DNA of 64,000 nt, taken from Octopus vulgaris (lineage: Eukaryota). The position numbers and the translations under genes were made by a program. Numbering within the stretch: position 1 is the first letter of the stretch; each line of letters opens with the position of its first letter. This document shows positions 1 through 13,090 of this stretch, one piece after another. The stretch spans positions 42,470,001-42,534,000 of the forward strand of contig OX597833.1 in the NCBI GenBank assembly GCA_951406725.2, read 5' to 3'. The notes under the pieces were generated by a model. The model had not been told where the DNA came from and did no database searches. It saw nothing but the letters and a program-made list of their open reading frames with translations.

Positions 1-429
1 ACATTGTTTTTCTTGTTGTAAAATGATAGTGCGTTCCGACAAATGTTTTTTCAAAGCAACGACAACAAACAAATAATACAATCATTTTTATGCATGGAAA
101 TGATTTCTAAGCACACACAGTTCAATATGTATATACATATAAACATTTGAAGAGAAATACTTTAGCTAATGATTAAGAATCGTAATATCGAAACAGGGTA
201 CACTGTCTCCTATCTTTTAGTCCATCATGATTTATCTGAGCGTGAAGAAATTATCCAAAATTGTTTGATGTTTATAGCGCATCATCTCTTCGTAGAGCTC
301 TGTGTAGAAACTGAGCTGAGTGTAAACTATAGTAATTCTTATCTTACGTTCACGGTTGATCCATGGAATTGAATAAAGAAGTTGTTATCTTAGGGATATA
401 TTCTACTCTCACATTATCAGAAATTTCAG

Positions 430-1290
430 TTAAGCTCATTTGATGTCACGGTGCATTGTCTCAAAGGAGCAATGCTTTGTTGGAAATAACATATCCAACA
501 CGACAAAGATGCTTGCAGACCACTTTTCGAAAAGCTCTTAGTCATCGATGCCTTCTCATTTGAATGTAAAATCTGAGGCAAATTAAAGTTTGTACAACTC
601 TTGAAAGATGTTGGATTTTCAGAGTGATACACGAATAGGGGTTAAATTTCACATCTCTAGCAACATTTCCTCCCAGAAGAAGCATTGGATGATATCAAAT
701 TCTGATTTTGACTTTTCTTCTCGAGAAATAAAAGTTCAAGCAGGCATGACCTTTCAGAAAATTGGTTTCAATATTGTATATTGTTCTAGTGTGTAGCCCC
801 TTTGACAATAATTTTCCCCCTGCTGCCCAGGATAATTTGTCAAAGTTTCTGTGTCAGCAATGGTAGCTCTACTGGGCATTTTAATGTTGTGCAACTTCAA
901 ATGCTTCTTAACCCTTTCGATACCAACCTGACTGAAACCGCCTCTGTTTTTGTAGTACATATGTCTTGTTTTTATGTTTTGAATTAAAATCTTCCACCAA
1001 ACCTAAGTCACAATTTATGTTCCTAGCACTGGCTTAATGATAACCAAGTTATTTTACTAAATTCTTTGTTATATTTAAAGTAATTGAAAGAAACAAAGAG
1101 CATCTCAAAATAAATACGGTAACGAAAAGGTTAAACCTTTCAAACCAGGTTTTAGTAGTCAGAACAGGCTTTTCAATAGAAGTTTCACTTTCCTTGTAGA
1201 GTAAATCATCATACAAACTTTTGGCGTTTTTTTAAATTATCGTGCCCAATACCACCGTGCACATTACTTTGAGCTCTTGTTTCTCTAGTC
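430..1290 (-). mobile_element. Decayed Tigger/pogo DNA transposase, interrupted by a short repeat at about 985-1135
   Basis: Frameshifted pieces KNAKSLYDDL...WFER, LHNIK...AD....YP...GYTLEQ and YHSENP.SFK...LP...SNEKA.MT match pogo/Tigger (CENP-B HTH plus DDE) motifs. Confidence 0.8.
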
Positions 1291-1329
1291 TAATCAGCTG
1301 AAATTAATAAAAAAACCCAAAAAACAAAA

Positions 1330-2114
1330 CAAGTCATAGTACCTAACAACTATGAAAAATTTGATTTCGTTACTTCTTCAGAGCTTTCTAGATGTCGGCT
1401 ACTTACTATGAAGAAAAAGAAGAAACAACAAAAGCTGTAAAACAACTGAAATTCGAACTAAAACTGGAACAGCAACGGATCATGATAAAATGATGGCAAG
1501 AAAATCCCCTTCATGGCAGATATATGGTGATGGAGAAGAAACAACAAATCATATTGTCTCTGACTGCCAGTCCTGGCTAAGAAAAAATATATTCACAGAC
1601 ACTACGAAGTTGGGACTTATATACACTGGAAGCTATGCCAAAACTATGGAATAACAACGGAAAGAGATGTTATAGGCACACGCTAGAAAAGGTCATAGAA
1701 AATGGGAAAGTAACTATATTAAGAAATTAAGACCAACAGGGCGGATATAGTTGTCAGAGATTACCAAGAAAAAAATGCTTTCTAATCGATGTATTAATAC
1801 CATCAGATGACAATCTTTTTCTAAAAGAAACGGAGAAACAGTCAAAATACAAAGATCAAGAAATAGAGGTAGCTCGAATGTGGAACCTAAAAACAGAAAC
1901 AATTCTTATTATAATAGGTGCATTAGGTATGATAAAAAAAAAGCAGGACTAACAAGTATATATAACATACAAAAAAATAACACTACCGGGCACCGGACAC
2001 ATTCTACGTAAAACACTTTCAATACAATGAAAATAAGAGCACCACAGCACATACTCAAGGCACACAGAACTGCGCTCGGCAGTGCAGTGAAAGCAAGTGA
2101 TAAGAATAAGACCA

Positions 2115-2207
<93 letters not shown>

Positions 2208-2213
2208 AATAAT
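1330..2213 (+). mobile_element. 3' fragment of an R4/Dong-like (restriction-like endonuclease) non-LTR retrotransposon with (TAA)n/(CAA)n tail
   Basis: Degenerate RH.EVGTYIHWKLCQNYG, DIVV and ...LEIEVARMWNLKTETILIIIGALGMI, ending in (TAA)n(CAA)n at 2119-2213. Confidence 0.75.
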
Positions 2214-2329
2214 AGGGTGCCAACGAGGCTCATATGAATGCAAAGTTCAATTCCTAATTAATTGCCTGATCCTTGAGAACTGTCATAACAAGAGCAGAAA
2301 GCTTAGTTTTGCATGGATTGGTTATAAAG

Positions 2330-2793
2330 GCAGACGAAATGCCTCTAAGCATTTCGCCCGGCGTGCTAACAATTCTGCCAGCTTGCCACCTCATGATACT
2401 AATAATGGTTTCAAATTTTGGCACAAGGCCAGCAAGTTCGTGGGATAGTGGATTACATCGACCCCAGTACTCTGGTGGTACTTAATTCATTGACCCCAAA
2501 AGGATGAAAGGTAAAGTCGACGTCAGCGGTAGTTGAACTCAAAGTAGCGATAGGAAATACCTATTTCTTTACTACCCATAAGGGGCTAAACAGAGAGGGG
2601 ACAAACAAGGACAGACAAACAGATTAAGTCGATTACATCAACCCTAGTGCATAACTGGTACTTAATTTATCGACCCCGAAAGGATGAAAGGCAAAGTCGA
2701 CCTCGGCGGAATTTGAACTCAGAACGTCGCGGCAGACGAAATACCGCTAAGCATTTTGCCCGGCGTGCTAACGTTTCTGCCAGCTCGCCACCT
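2330..2793 (-). mobile_element. Cluster of tRNA-derived SINE copies (family B; head ggcgagctggcagaaacgttagc)
   Basis: Matches the copies at 17152, 27556, 37162, 40141 and 50218, with core gcctttcatcctttcggggtcgataaattaagtaccag. Confidence 0.85.
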
Positions 2794-2867
2794 TCCTCAT
2801 GATAATAACAATACTTTATTTTCGTTGCAGTTTTGACAGTTGATCCGAATAAAAAAGCGGACTCACC

Positions 2868-2990
2868 ATGAAGATGGGAACTATGACGCCAAGTTCCAGT
2901 ATGGACGGTATGAAGAATAATATGACTGGCATGGAAATGGGTGGTGGTATGAATATGGGCGGTGGTATGAATATGGACGGTATGAAGATG
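2868..2990 (+). CDS. SLC31A1: Copper transporter CTR1, coding exon 1 of 4 (Met-rich extracellular N-terminus)
   Basis: ACCATG start downstream of a ttgcag acceptor (2829-2830). Translates MKMGTMTPSSSMDGMKNNMTGMEMGGGMNMGGGMNMDGMKM. GTGAGT donor at 2991, phase 0. A non-coding upstream exon is implied but was not located. Confidence 0.9.
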
Positions 2991-3242
2991 GTGAGTATAA
3001 CAGTTTACTTCAGTGACATTCATGTTTTATAAGACATACTTTTGTGTTTTCAAGTGATATGAGCTATAGAAAAAGATTTAACTGTGGCTGCAGCAGTTCA
3101 TAAACGGTTTCGAAACCCAGTCAAAACACACCCAAGTTTACTTAATCCCTTTCCGTTTTCCAGAAAGGTACATTTTCATTATCTGCTAGCTTACAAATGA
3201 CAATTTGTTTAACTAAACACTACTAATCCCTCTTTATTGCAG

Positions 3243-3306
3243 GCCTTCCATACAGGTGCCAAAGAAACCATTTTATTTACTGGTATAAAGACAGAAAATG
3301 TAGCAG
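3243..3306 (+). CDS. SLC31A1: CTR1 coding exon 2 of 4
   Basis: ttattgcag acceptor; AFHTGAKETILFTGIKTENVA matches the Ctr M.F..G....LF.G segment; GTAAGT donor at 3307, phase 1. Confidence 0.92.
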
Positions 3307-3467
3307 GTAAGTCTTCTCACCCTTTACGTTTACATTTTCTCAAAACTCAAACTTTACACGGTCTACTTATTCGTCGCGTATTAGTCGATGTGACACAGAA
3401 ATGGATATCCTTAGAGCAAGGGAGAGATCTTTATAAATGTTTTAGCAATCAATTTTATTATACTTAA

Positions 3468-3780
3468 GCCCTTCACGTCCTATGGAACTTAGGCCATCGA
3501 TGGTATTTCTCTACTGGTTTCAACTCTAGTCTGTACTCTTTTAGGTCTTGTTGATTTTGAATCGTCAGTGATGCTTCATTTATTTATTTCTACGTTGAGA
3601 CGCTGACCCTATCCTACGCAAACCCCATTTTTTTTATCTCTGAGAAGGGGTCTATATTGGTCTTTTCTTTGACTTGTCCAGCATGGGAGGAACCAACAAG
3701 AGCTTGCGTTCCGCCTGCATATCTTTCAGAGTCATTGAAACACACAAGCCACCACACCGAACGTGGACCCTGTGGTGGAA
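3468..3780 (-). mobile_element. Possible internally deleted RTE-derived element
   Basis: Minus-strand ggcttgtgtgtttcaatgactctgaaagatatgc...cccatgctggacaagtcaaag resembles RTE-clade 5' UTRs; recognition only. Confidence 0.4.
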
Positions 3781-4282
3781 TTCTACTATATGCGATCTCG
3801 TTCTATCAACAATTCGAATTTCGCTTCAAATTTGTATGTTTGTGATCAGTGTTAGAAATCTCCGAGCAAATGGAATTCCTTTGGCTTCAATATAGATAGT
3901 TGTCTGGTCATCTGAATTGCCAAATTAAATTAAATAGGATTAGATTGAATTAGATCAAATTAAATTGAATTAAATTGCCAAATTAAATTAAAACTTATTA
4001 TTTCACAGACACTTTGATTAAGGTAATTTTTCAGGCAGAATAAGCGTGACAGGTGTAAGAAAAAGCTGAATATAACTATTATTACCGTATTCCAATTCCA
4101 TTGGTCAAAAACCTGAATAATTAAAAGATCTTATCATTATCGAACAACCTCCTAAAGTTCACTCCGATGGAAGTAGTCTTAAAGAACCAATAATAAAACT
4201 GTATCTCTTTGAAAAAATAAAAATAACGTAGATCAACATGAATCAAAACAAAGAGACACCTTTCCCAACCAAATCAAACCAA

Positions 4283-4449
4283 CAGGAGTGGCTGTGTGGT
4301 AAGTAGCTTGCTTACCAACCACATGGTTCCGGGTTCACTCCCACTGCGTGGCATCTTGGGCAAGTGTCTTCTGCTATAGCCTCGGGCCGACCAAAGCCTT
4401 GTGAGTGGATTTGGTAGACGGAAACTGAAAGAAGCCTGTCGTATATATG

Positions 4450-4507
<58 letters not shown>

Positions 4508-4984
4508 TTTCACTTTCACTTTGACCGACCAGTCCGCCAGGCGTCCATTTGACACCGCTGGTCACAGCACGCTGTCCACTCCTCTCTGGATCGCGCCTTT
4601 CTCATCCACGTGATCCCAATCGTCCTCTTGAAATCGTCACTCCACCGTCGTGGAGGTCTTCCGGGTGGTCTTTTCCGCTCACGCGGGTACCACTCGACAA
4701 TTGCGTGCGTCCACCGATTATCGTTGAGCCGGGCGACGTGTCCAGCCCATCTATATATATATGTATGTGTGTGTATATGTTTGTGTTTCTGTGTTTGTCC
4801 CTCTAGCATTGCTTGCAACCGATGCTGGTGCATTTACGTCACTTAGCGGTTCGGCAAAAGAGACCGATAGAATAAGCACTGGGCTTACAAAGAATAAGTC
4901 CCGGGGTCGATTTGCTCGACTAAAGGCGGTGCTCCAGCATGGCTGCAGTCAAATGACTGAAACAAGTAAAAGAGTAAAAGAGTG
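4283..4984 (+). mobile_element. tRNA-derived SINE family A (head ggagtggctgtgtggtaag, internal (TA)n, (GTAAAAGA)n tail) with a nested RTE fragment
   Basis: A-box/B-box-like head; near-identical copies at 48125-48565 and 54543-54944. Confidence 0.9.
4505..4751 (-). mobile_element. RTE-clade LINE 3' end with (GTGAAA)n tail, inserted in the SINE's (TA)n
   Basis: RWAGHVARLNDNRWTHAIVEWYPRERKRPPGRPPRRWSDD is the canonical RTE C-terminal motif. Confidence 0.9.
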
Positions 4985-5329
4985 TAAAATTTCAAATGGT
5001 TTCTACTTTTCTATTTTCTTTTTTTTTCTTTTGTATTGCTCTCCACAAATGATATCGCTTCGAATGTCATGTGTAGCGCTTATATTGCATCCTCTTGTCT
5101 TCGTTCATGTAAACCTAAACCGTTGAATTATCTGGTTTACATAGCGGATATCTTGCTTTGTCATACATGTGAGTTCGGATAAGTTTCGTTAGAATGGAAC
5201 TGACAACAACGCGTCATTTAGTTCATGACCTGAACCCGTTTTTGTACGCCAAACGAACAAAAAGTCCACCGTCATGATTACCCTTTAGTACATGCACACA
5301 CGCACGGGCACACACACAACTGTGTGTGG

Positions 5330-5711
5330 AAGCACTCCGTCGATTACGACGACGAGGGTTCCGGTTGATCCGATCAACGGAACAGCCTGCTCGTGAAATT
5401 AACGTGTAAGTGGCTGAGCACTCCACAGACACGTGTACCCTTAACGTAGTTCTCGGGGATATTCAGCGTGACACAGAGAGTGACAAGGCCGGCCCCTTGA
5501 AATACAGGTACAACAGAAACAGGAAGTAAGACTGAGAGAAAGTTGTGGTGAAAGAGAACAGCAGGGATCACCACCATCTCCTGCCGGAGCCTCGTGGAGC
5601 TTCTTTAGGTGTTTTCGCTCAATAAACACTCACAACGCCCGGTCTGGGAATCGAAACCGCGATCCTACGACCGCGAGTCCACTGCCCTAACCACTGGGCC
5701 ATTGCGCCTCC
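5330..5711 (-). mobile_element. tRNA-derived SINE family C (head ggaggcgcaatggcccagtggttaggg), tail type 1
   Basis: tRNA-like A/B boxes (tggcccagtgg, ggtttcgattccc); the head is shared with 11408-11695 and 38904-39290, the tail with 41814-42116. Confidence 0.88.
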
Positions 5712-5970
5712 ACACACACAACACACACATACAGACACATACATATATACACATAAATACATGCACATATACATATACATATGCATACATACATATATAC
5801 GTATGTGTATACAGCGCATGCTCGCGCGCACACAGCCACAGTCACAACCACACACATACATGCGTAAGTGACCAATGGACGTTCTGATTTTGACATAGAT
5901 ATTGTCGAGTGGAACTGTGCCAATGACACTATTAAATAGTTCAATAACATTACATTGTAGAATTTTAACC

Positions 5971-6580
<610 letters not shown>

Positions 6581-6837
6581 TAACTTCGTAAATAAAGTTT
6601 TTGTCAAAAATGCTAAGAGTAAAAGATATTTTATATGACACATTCTACCAGTGTCCCAAGTTTGAAAGTGTTTAGTTACAAAAATTATTTTTTAAATCTG
6701 TCGCTCAAAAGGTAAAGATTCCTTTCCTATTTGAACATGTCATTCAATGTGTAGTCATGCTTACTCTAGTAAATATGTGTGCGTGTATGTATGTATGTAT
6801 GTATGTATGTATGTATGTATGTATGTATGTATGTATG

Positions 6838-7300
6838 TCGGAGTTATCCCAGTTACCTGAGTTACCTTCTCCTAGAAGGATGCCCTAACAAAGGCTAGGA
6901 GTCCTTCACTCCCAATGGTTACCGATGATGTTGACTTGTTCTTCTTTTCGGATTATGGCTGCTGTTGCTTAGTGAGTGGGATTGACTCAGTACACAGCCT
7001 TTCCTCACTTTAAAAGAAATCTTCTTTAAAAGAAATCACATTGCACGATAACAACATTGATTAAGCTTCGTGCAATGGCCATACTCGGTAACGAGGGGGC
7101 AGCCACCATGTATGTATGTATGTATGTATGTATGTATGTATGTATGTATGTATGTATGTATGTATGTATGTATGTATGTTTGTATGTATGTATGTATGTA
7201 TGTATATATGCATGCATGCATGTATGTATGTATGTATGTATGTATGTATGTATGTATGCATGCATGCATGTATGTATGTATGTATGCATGTATGTATGGT
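6838..7300 (+). mobile_element. Short RTE-related non-autonomous element between (TATG)n arrays
   Basis: Its 3' end ggccatactcggtaacgagggggcagccacc plus a simple-repeat tail resembles the 3' end of the RTE at 22560-22600. Confidence 0.55.
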
Positions 7301-7339
7301 ATATAAGCATGTATGTATGTGTATCTATATAAACTTAGA

Positions 7340-8760
7340 TAGGTTTCGGCAAGTATAGGCCCAGGCCGTGTCTAACTTAATAGCACCATCTGGTGAAGTC
7401 TTTTAGATCGCGATTCACACCTCAGTCATATATGGGACACCATAGCCCACTCTAGCAAAGAGTTTTATTTTTGGAGACATATCCGGGTGTAGGAGGTTGG
7501 TCCGGGATTTGTTTTGAGAAATTTGTCCAGAGAACTTTTGAATTTTATGGGACCTGTTTCCGTTTTGATTAATTTTGGTATAATATTAGTGGGAGCTGGA
7601 CCGGTTGAGGTAAAGTAGTTGTGTCGTAATGCTACGTGTATTGGATTCGATTTTTGTAGTAGGCATATAGCATGGGGCCAAGTCTTAAAATTGATGCCAA
7701 CTTCATTTGTGCTAATTGATGGAATATTTTCCACATCATACAAATGATGTAACGCTCACAGCGGTGTTGGAGAGAGTAGAGATTAACTTTTTTTAGTCAA
7801 CCCCAGTAGTCAATGCCTGTCATGCCGTCTATCTTTTTAGTTATTTCTACTTATTTAAGGTAGAGTCGGGCAAAAGTATAATAGAGAAGGATGATGGTGT
7901 GAGCATCTCTACACCAGAAAGTTCTCAGACTCCAGGAGCACATCTTGCGGGCCAAATCAACCTTACTGTTTAAGTGGGAACTCCAGTTTAGATTACTCCA
8001 GGGTCTCTAGTGTTGTTGGATGACACTAGGGAGTCGCCTGAGAGAAGGGCATATGGTAGTTTCAGAGTATCCTCATTTCCAAAGTGGATCAAATTAAACT
8101 TATCTTCATTTAGATGCATATTATTCTTTTCCACCCATTGCTCATCAACAAATAGGTCTGACAGAAGGCATGTTCGGTCTCCCATACCGTTCATGGTCTT
8201 CTGGAGCTTGGAATAATCTGCAGTGTTGATGACGTCTACAATGACATTGATGTAGATAATGAAGAGGAGTGGGCCCAACACAGTGCCTTGTGGGACACCA
8301 CTACTGATTTTGACTGAGCTTGATCGGATTCTCTCAACCACAACATGTTGGGTTCTCTTTGTCAGGAAACACTTTATCCACTGCAGCAGCTTTCCACGGA
8401 CACCAATGTTGGACAGTTTCTTCAGCTGAAATCAAGGTATATGACATCAGTGTTGGAGCCTTCTCCCAAAGCTTTTAAAATGAAATCAAAATGGCGCAGA
8501 AGCTGCGACAGGCCGTCCTTGCCATCATGGAAATCATGCTTGTTGGGGTTCAGCAGATTGTTGTCTTCGAGGAAGTGGGTTATTCGTAATCTCACCACCT
8601 TCTCAAATACTTTAATGATATGGAAGGTGAGTGAAATCGGACGGTAGTTCGCTGCAAGAGATTTGTTTCCCTTTTTGAAAACTGGAACGATAGACTGTGA
8701 AAGAAAATGATCAGGAATATAGCTCAGTAAGAGGGGGTGCAATTTGATATCAACACAATT
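7340..8760 (-). mobile_element. Decayed CR1/Jockey-group LINE reverse transcriptase fragment
   Basis: IVPVFKKGNKSLAANYRPISLT..IIKVFEKVV, DVIYLDFS, SGVPQGTVLGPLLFIIYIN and FKSSLDKFL, with frameshifts. Confidence 0.9.
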
Positions 8761-9076
8761 TTAAGAAAGCTGCTGCAGTGGCTAAAGTGTTTCGAGCAGA
8801 AACCCAACATGTTGTGGTTGAAGGAATACGATCAAGATCAGCAAACATATTTCTTTATTCTCATATTTCCTTGTATAGTTCTTATATCTCTCCCTTTTCA
8901 AAATAACTTCTTATATTGAACTCTACAATTTCCTTCTGCTTAACTCTCTCATATCGTCTCTGATAATGGGATATCTTTTATATCCTTGAAACAGCTGTAA
9001 GACTACCTTTCTCTTTATAAATGTCCTGGAAATTTCCCACTGCCTTAGCTTTGTTGTCTCATTTTATTTAATATAT

Positions 9077-9127
<51 letters not shown>

Positions 9128-9638
9128 GTGCGTGAGCGTGTGTGTGTGTTTGTCTGTGAGTCTGGATGTGTGTGTGTGAATATATTTGTTGAATAAGTAT
9201 GTTTTGTGTGTATGCCATAATCTTATCTATGTTCCGCACATTTCCCTCAAGTTTCCATACATAACGCGCTCACACACAAACACACACACGCATACACACA
9301 ACCAGTACACACACTGAGAATGTACGCATCCGGTTTTCTAATACATAAGGTTCATTCAGCCGGAACTACCTTTCCCCCTCTCCTCTCTTTTGTACACACA
9401 AACATGCATATATACATTTACATATTTCTACATATGCAGTAACACTCTGGTACACGCACTTCCCACTCACGTACGCATGCATGTACACATACACACGCAC
9501 ACACACACACGCTCACTCACACACACATGAGTTTTTAGATTTGCATTGAAAATGTATTTGCAACAAAATATTGTCAGCTATAGACGACATTATACACACA
9601 CACACACACATACACACACACACATACACATATATATA

Positions 9639-10285
9639 TACGGTATCTCACAGAAGTATGTACACTGCTAAAAATTTCAGTAAAATTACCATTACTCTGA
9701 AAATTGCCGTTACTCTGATAATATAGAAGGAAATCAAACGAAATTTATTCTGAATAAAATATATTATACATGCAGGCATTATCCAAATTTGGAAGACAAA
9801 ACAAAAAACTTTTTCAAAGATATCAACGAAATATTAATTTTCAAACGTTACAAAAATTTGTACACCCTAAAGGATTATTTGCTATATACAATGTTTGGTG
9901 TGACCGCCCTTGCTTTCAATGACTGCATCAAGTCTTCAAGTCTTCTGGGCATAAAGTCAACTAAATTTCCGTGTATAACCGATGGAATCGACCTTGAGAA
10001 ACCAAATAGTCTTTCCTTCCTTCATGCCAAGTTTGAAAAAATATATCTCTTTTGCATCTTACTTTTTTTGGTCTCTTAAATATACTGCATTTTGTGGCAT
10101 TATTTCAAGCCAGCCGGCTTTTTTTGCGCAAACTTCACGTGCATTTTTCTCGCGTACACGTAGTATCGATCGCAACAGCTGATGTACTTGCGCGTGCAAA
10201 TGTTCGTTCCCACGGCTTTATCGATTGCATTCTCACCTGGAATCGATTTTTGTAATTTTTTCAAGACTTATACACGCCCTGATAC
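9639..10285 (-). mobile_element. Tc1-like DNA transposon remnant
   Basis: TA-flanked end cggtatctcacagaagtatgtacac with an internal repeat of the tgtacac motif, and a degenerate AQKKP-type segment. Confidence 0.5.
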
Positions 10286-10368
10286 TGTCAGTATCTACAT
10301 ATCAAATTTGAGCGCAATCGGATGGAGGATGCCCAAGATACTAGAAGATACACACACAGAACGGATTT

Positions 10369-10480
<112 letters not shown>

Positions 10481-11407
10481 ATATATATATATATATACAT
10501 ATAATTGTTACAGAGGACAAAAAGCGTCTCTTTAACCGTTACATATCCGCTATATCGGAAATCTACAATGGCTCCAGAACTACCGTCTCGGCTATAACAT
10601 TCGAGACCTCCTTTTATCTGTTACAGCACTTACCTAGCGTACCTAGTCGTCTAGATGACCTGTGATCTAAACGCCCATATTTTGCATACATATAAATATA
10701 TATGGAAAGGGTGAGAGAGAGAGAGAAAGAAAGAGAGATACATATATGCACATGCATATAAGTTCACATGCTTATTCCTCACTCACACACGCGCGCCTGC
10801 ACGACTCATTCATCCGGAAAAGTACACATTATATCACGATTCTTTAAGTTGATACTTCAGGCTAAGCTCTCATTATCACCTTACTTGTATGTAAGATTCA
10901 GTTACTTTTAGATCTTATCAAACAATTTACTCAACATTTTACGACGGACTAAGGTAACCGTTGGACTTTATGTAATCTAGATGCAGACATAGCTGTTGAC
11001 GCCGATGAAAATATATAGCTTTCGCCAAAGTGAATGAAATTTTTTCATTTATTATTTTTCGTTCTTAATCTTTTATCGTTTACTTGTTTCAGTCATTGGA
11101 CAGCGGCCATACTGAGGCACTACCTTGAAGTATTAGTCGAAATTTAGTACCCCAGTACTAATTTTTTTAATGTCTGGTACTTATTCTATCGGTGTCTTTT
11201 TTTTGCAAAAAACGCTAAGTTACTAGGAACACAAACAAACCAACAACGGTTGCAAGCTGTGCAGGGGAAACTACACAAATATAAAGACACAAACACACAC
11301 ACAGACACACAGACACACACACACACACACACATACACACGCACACACATATATGCATGCATGCATACATACATTCATACGTATATACATGCATATATAC
11401 ATAGTAC

Positions 11408-11695
11408 GTCACCGTGACCGACCAGCCTATTAAATGTTGCTACACATCGCTGGCCACAATGCGCTTAGCATTGTTTTAGCCTTCAAATGACGCCACCCCG
11501 CTGGCTAACCGAGCAGGCCAACAGAAGAAAGAGTGAGAGAAAGTTGTGGCGAAAGAGTACAGCAGGGATCGTCACCACCCACTGCCGGAGCCTCGTAGAG
11601 CTACATGTGTTTTCGCTCAATAAACACTCACAACGCCCGGTCTGGGAATCGAAACCGCGAGTCCGCTGCCCTAACCACTGGGCCATTGCGCCTCC
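11408..11695 (-). mobile_element. SINE family C with an RTE-derived tail (type 2)
   Basis: Same head as 5330-5711; the tail matches the RTE 3' end at 4505-4575. Confidence 0.85.
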
Positions 11696-11707
11696 ACACA
11701 TACGTAC

Positions 11708-11774
<67 letters not shown>

Positions 11775-11781
<7 letters not shown>

Positions 11782-12905
11782 GAGTGTATTTTTACCTTGT
11801 TAACAATTAACACGGAAAAATAAATAAATAGTTACCAGGGCAGCAAAAATCTCACAAGTAAAGGTGTTGTAACTCCTTGTTATAAAGGTTGAAACTTCGT
11901 GTTTACGTTGAATATTTTGAATAATATGAATACAAAATGGAGTTAACGCAGGTGTAAACAAGTATTTTTACTTTCGACACGTTTCGAAAATTCCACTGAT
12001 ACTATTCAAAAGAATAAATGGTATAAACAATGCAATCTTCTCTTCGGGAAAGTGAAAAAAACGAAACTCGTCAATACGACATTTTAGCAAAAAATGATGG
12101 ATTTGTATAGCGATAGACAGAACGCTATTAATATTGTTTAAAAAAACGTTATATGATATAACGTCATAAGTAGCTAACAGAAAGAGTAGGGATATTAATA
12201 GTGAATGTTAAATATAAAGGAAATTAAAGTTTAAATTATATATAATGATAGAGACTACTTATATGCACTAAATGTATATTTTTGCCAATGCTTACATCTG
12301 TATGCTCGCTCTATAACCGTGTTTACTAGAGTATTTTTAGAAAAAATAATGAAAAATAGCTCAGAAATGCAGAGAAGACAGAATTTCTTGCCTTTGTCAT
12401 ATGGTATCGAAATTGAGAGGATCAACCATTCTAAATGAAATTGTTCATTGTGGTCTTTTAAATCCCAAATCAGTTTGCTGAGACCGGTACTATTCCGTTT
12501 ATTTCTATCCTTAAATGTTGAGTAATGGATAGAAATTCGTTTAGATAACTCTAACGATGTGCTTCCAATGTAAAATCGTACTTTATTACGAGTACTGATT
12601 ATACACTGGTATATAGAATTTTTAATCTTAGAGTTACTTGAGATAAATTTAATTCTATTGGAATTGACTTCAGATACAATAACCTTGTTATTAATATTTC
12701 TAGAGGGTTGGATTGTATTAGCTAAATTAATGTTAGTATTAGTAAATGTATTAATATTTAACAGTTTGTTATTATGAGAAGATATAATTTGCAAGAGATT
12801 TTTTGTGTTTGAAAAACCTATCCTAACCTTATGTGAATTAATTATAGAGTAATATCTAGACTTGTTTGGAAAATTCCTAGCAATAGCTTGACGAAACAAC
12901 AGTTT
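11775..12905 (-). mobile_element. 5'-truncated Penelope-like element (Naiad-type GIY-YIG endonuclease region, ORF 12255-12899) abutting (TA)n
   Basis: ORF contains SIY...FYIGST...KRI..H, STGLSKLIWDLK, C.LC..E and terminal RCKH; the 3' UTR carries a hammerhead-like motif. Confidence 0.88.
11970..12053 (-). ncRNA. Type I minimal hammerhead-ribozyme motif (variant core CCGAAGA)
   Basis: Minus strand reads ACTTTC-CCGAAGA-GAAGATT...AATTTTC-GAAA-CGTG-TC-GAAAGT: 6-bp stem I, extended stem II, GUC site. Confidence 0.7.
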
Positions 12906-13030
12906 TTAAGTATTACTTATTTACGAATGGGAAGGTATTTTCACGTTGTTAAATACGTTTACTTTTGTGCATATGTGCGTGTATAGTCATGCATACATAT
13001 TTTGTTTTGAGTGTATTATACACACGCACG

Positions 13031-13090
<60 letters not shown>

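Noticed and set aside
1909-2243. Poly-Cys/Tyr, poly-Leu and poly-Val/Ile ORFs
   Set aside because: These are translations of the (TAA)n/(CAA)n tail; the many YI, MYVC and HT ORFs are likewise microsatellite artefacts.
2667-3023. His-rich 118-aa minus-strand ORF
   Set aside because: It is the antisense of the ATG-rich CTR1 exon (CAT = His) running into a SINE.
12060-12254. SECIS element downstream of the Penelope ORF
   Set aside because: An ATGAC-started hairpin exists on the minus strand but lacks the 3' GA quartet partner and apical AA, and the ORF has no in-frame TGA.
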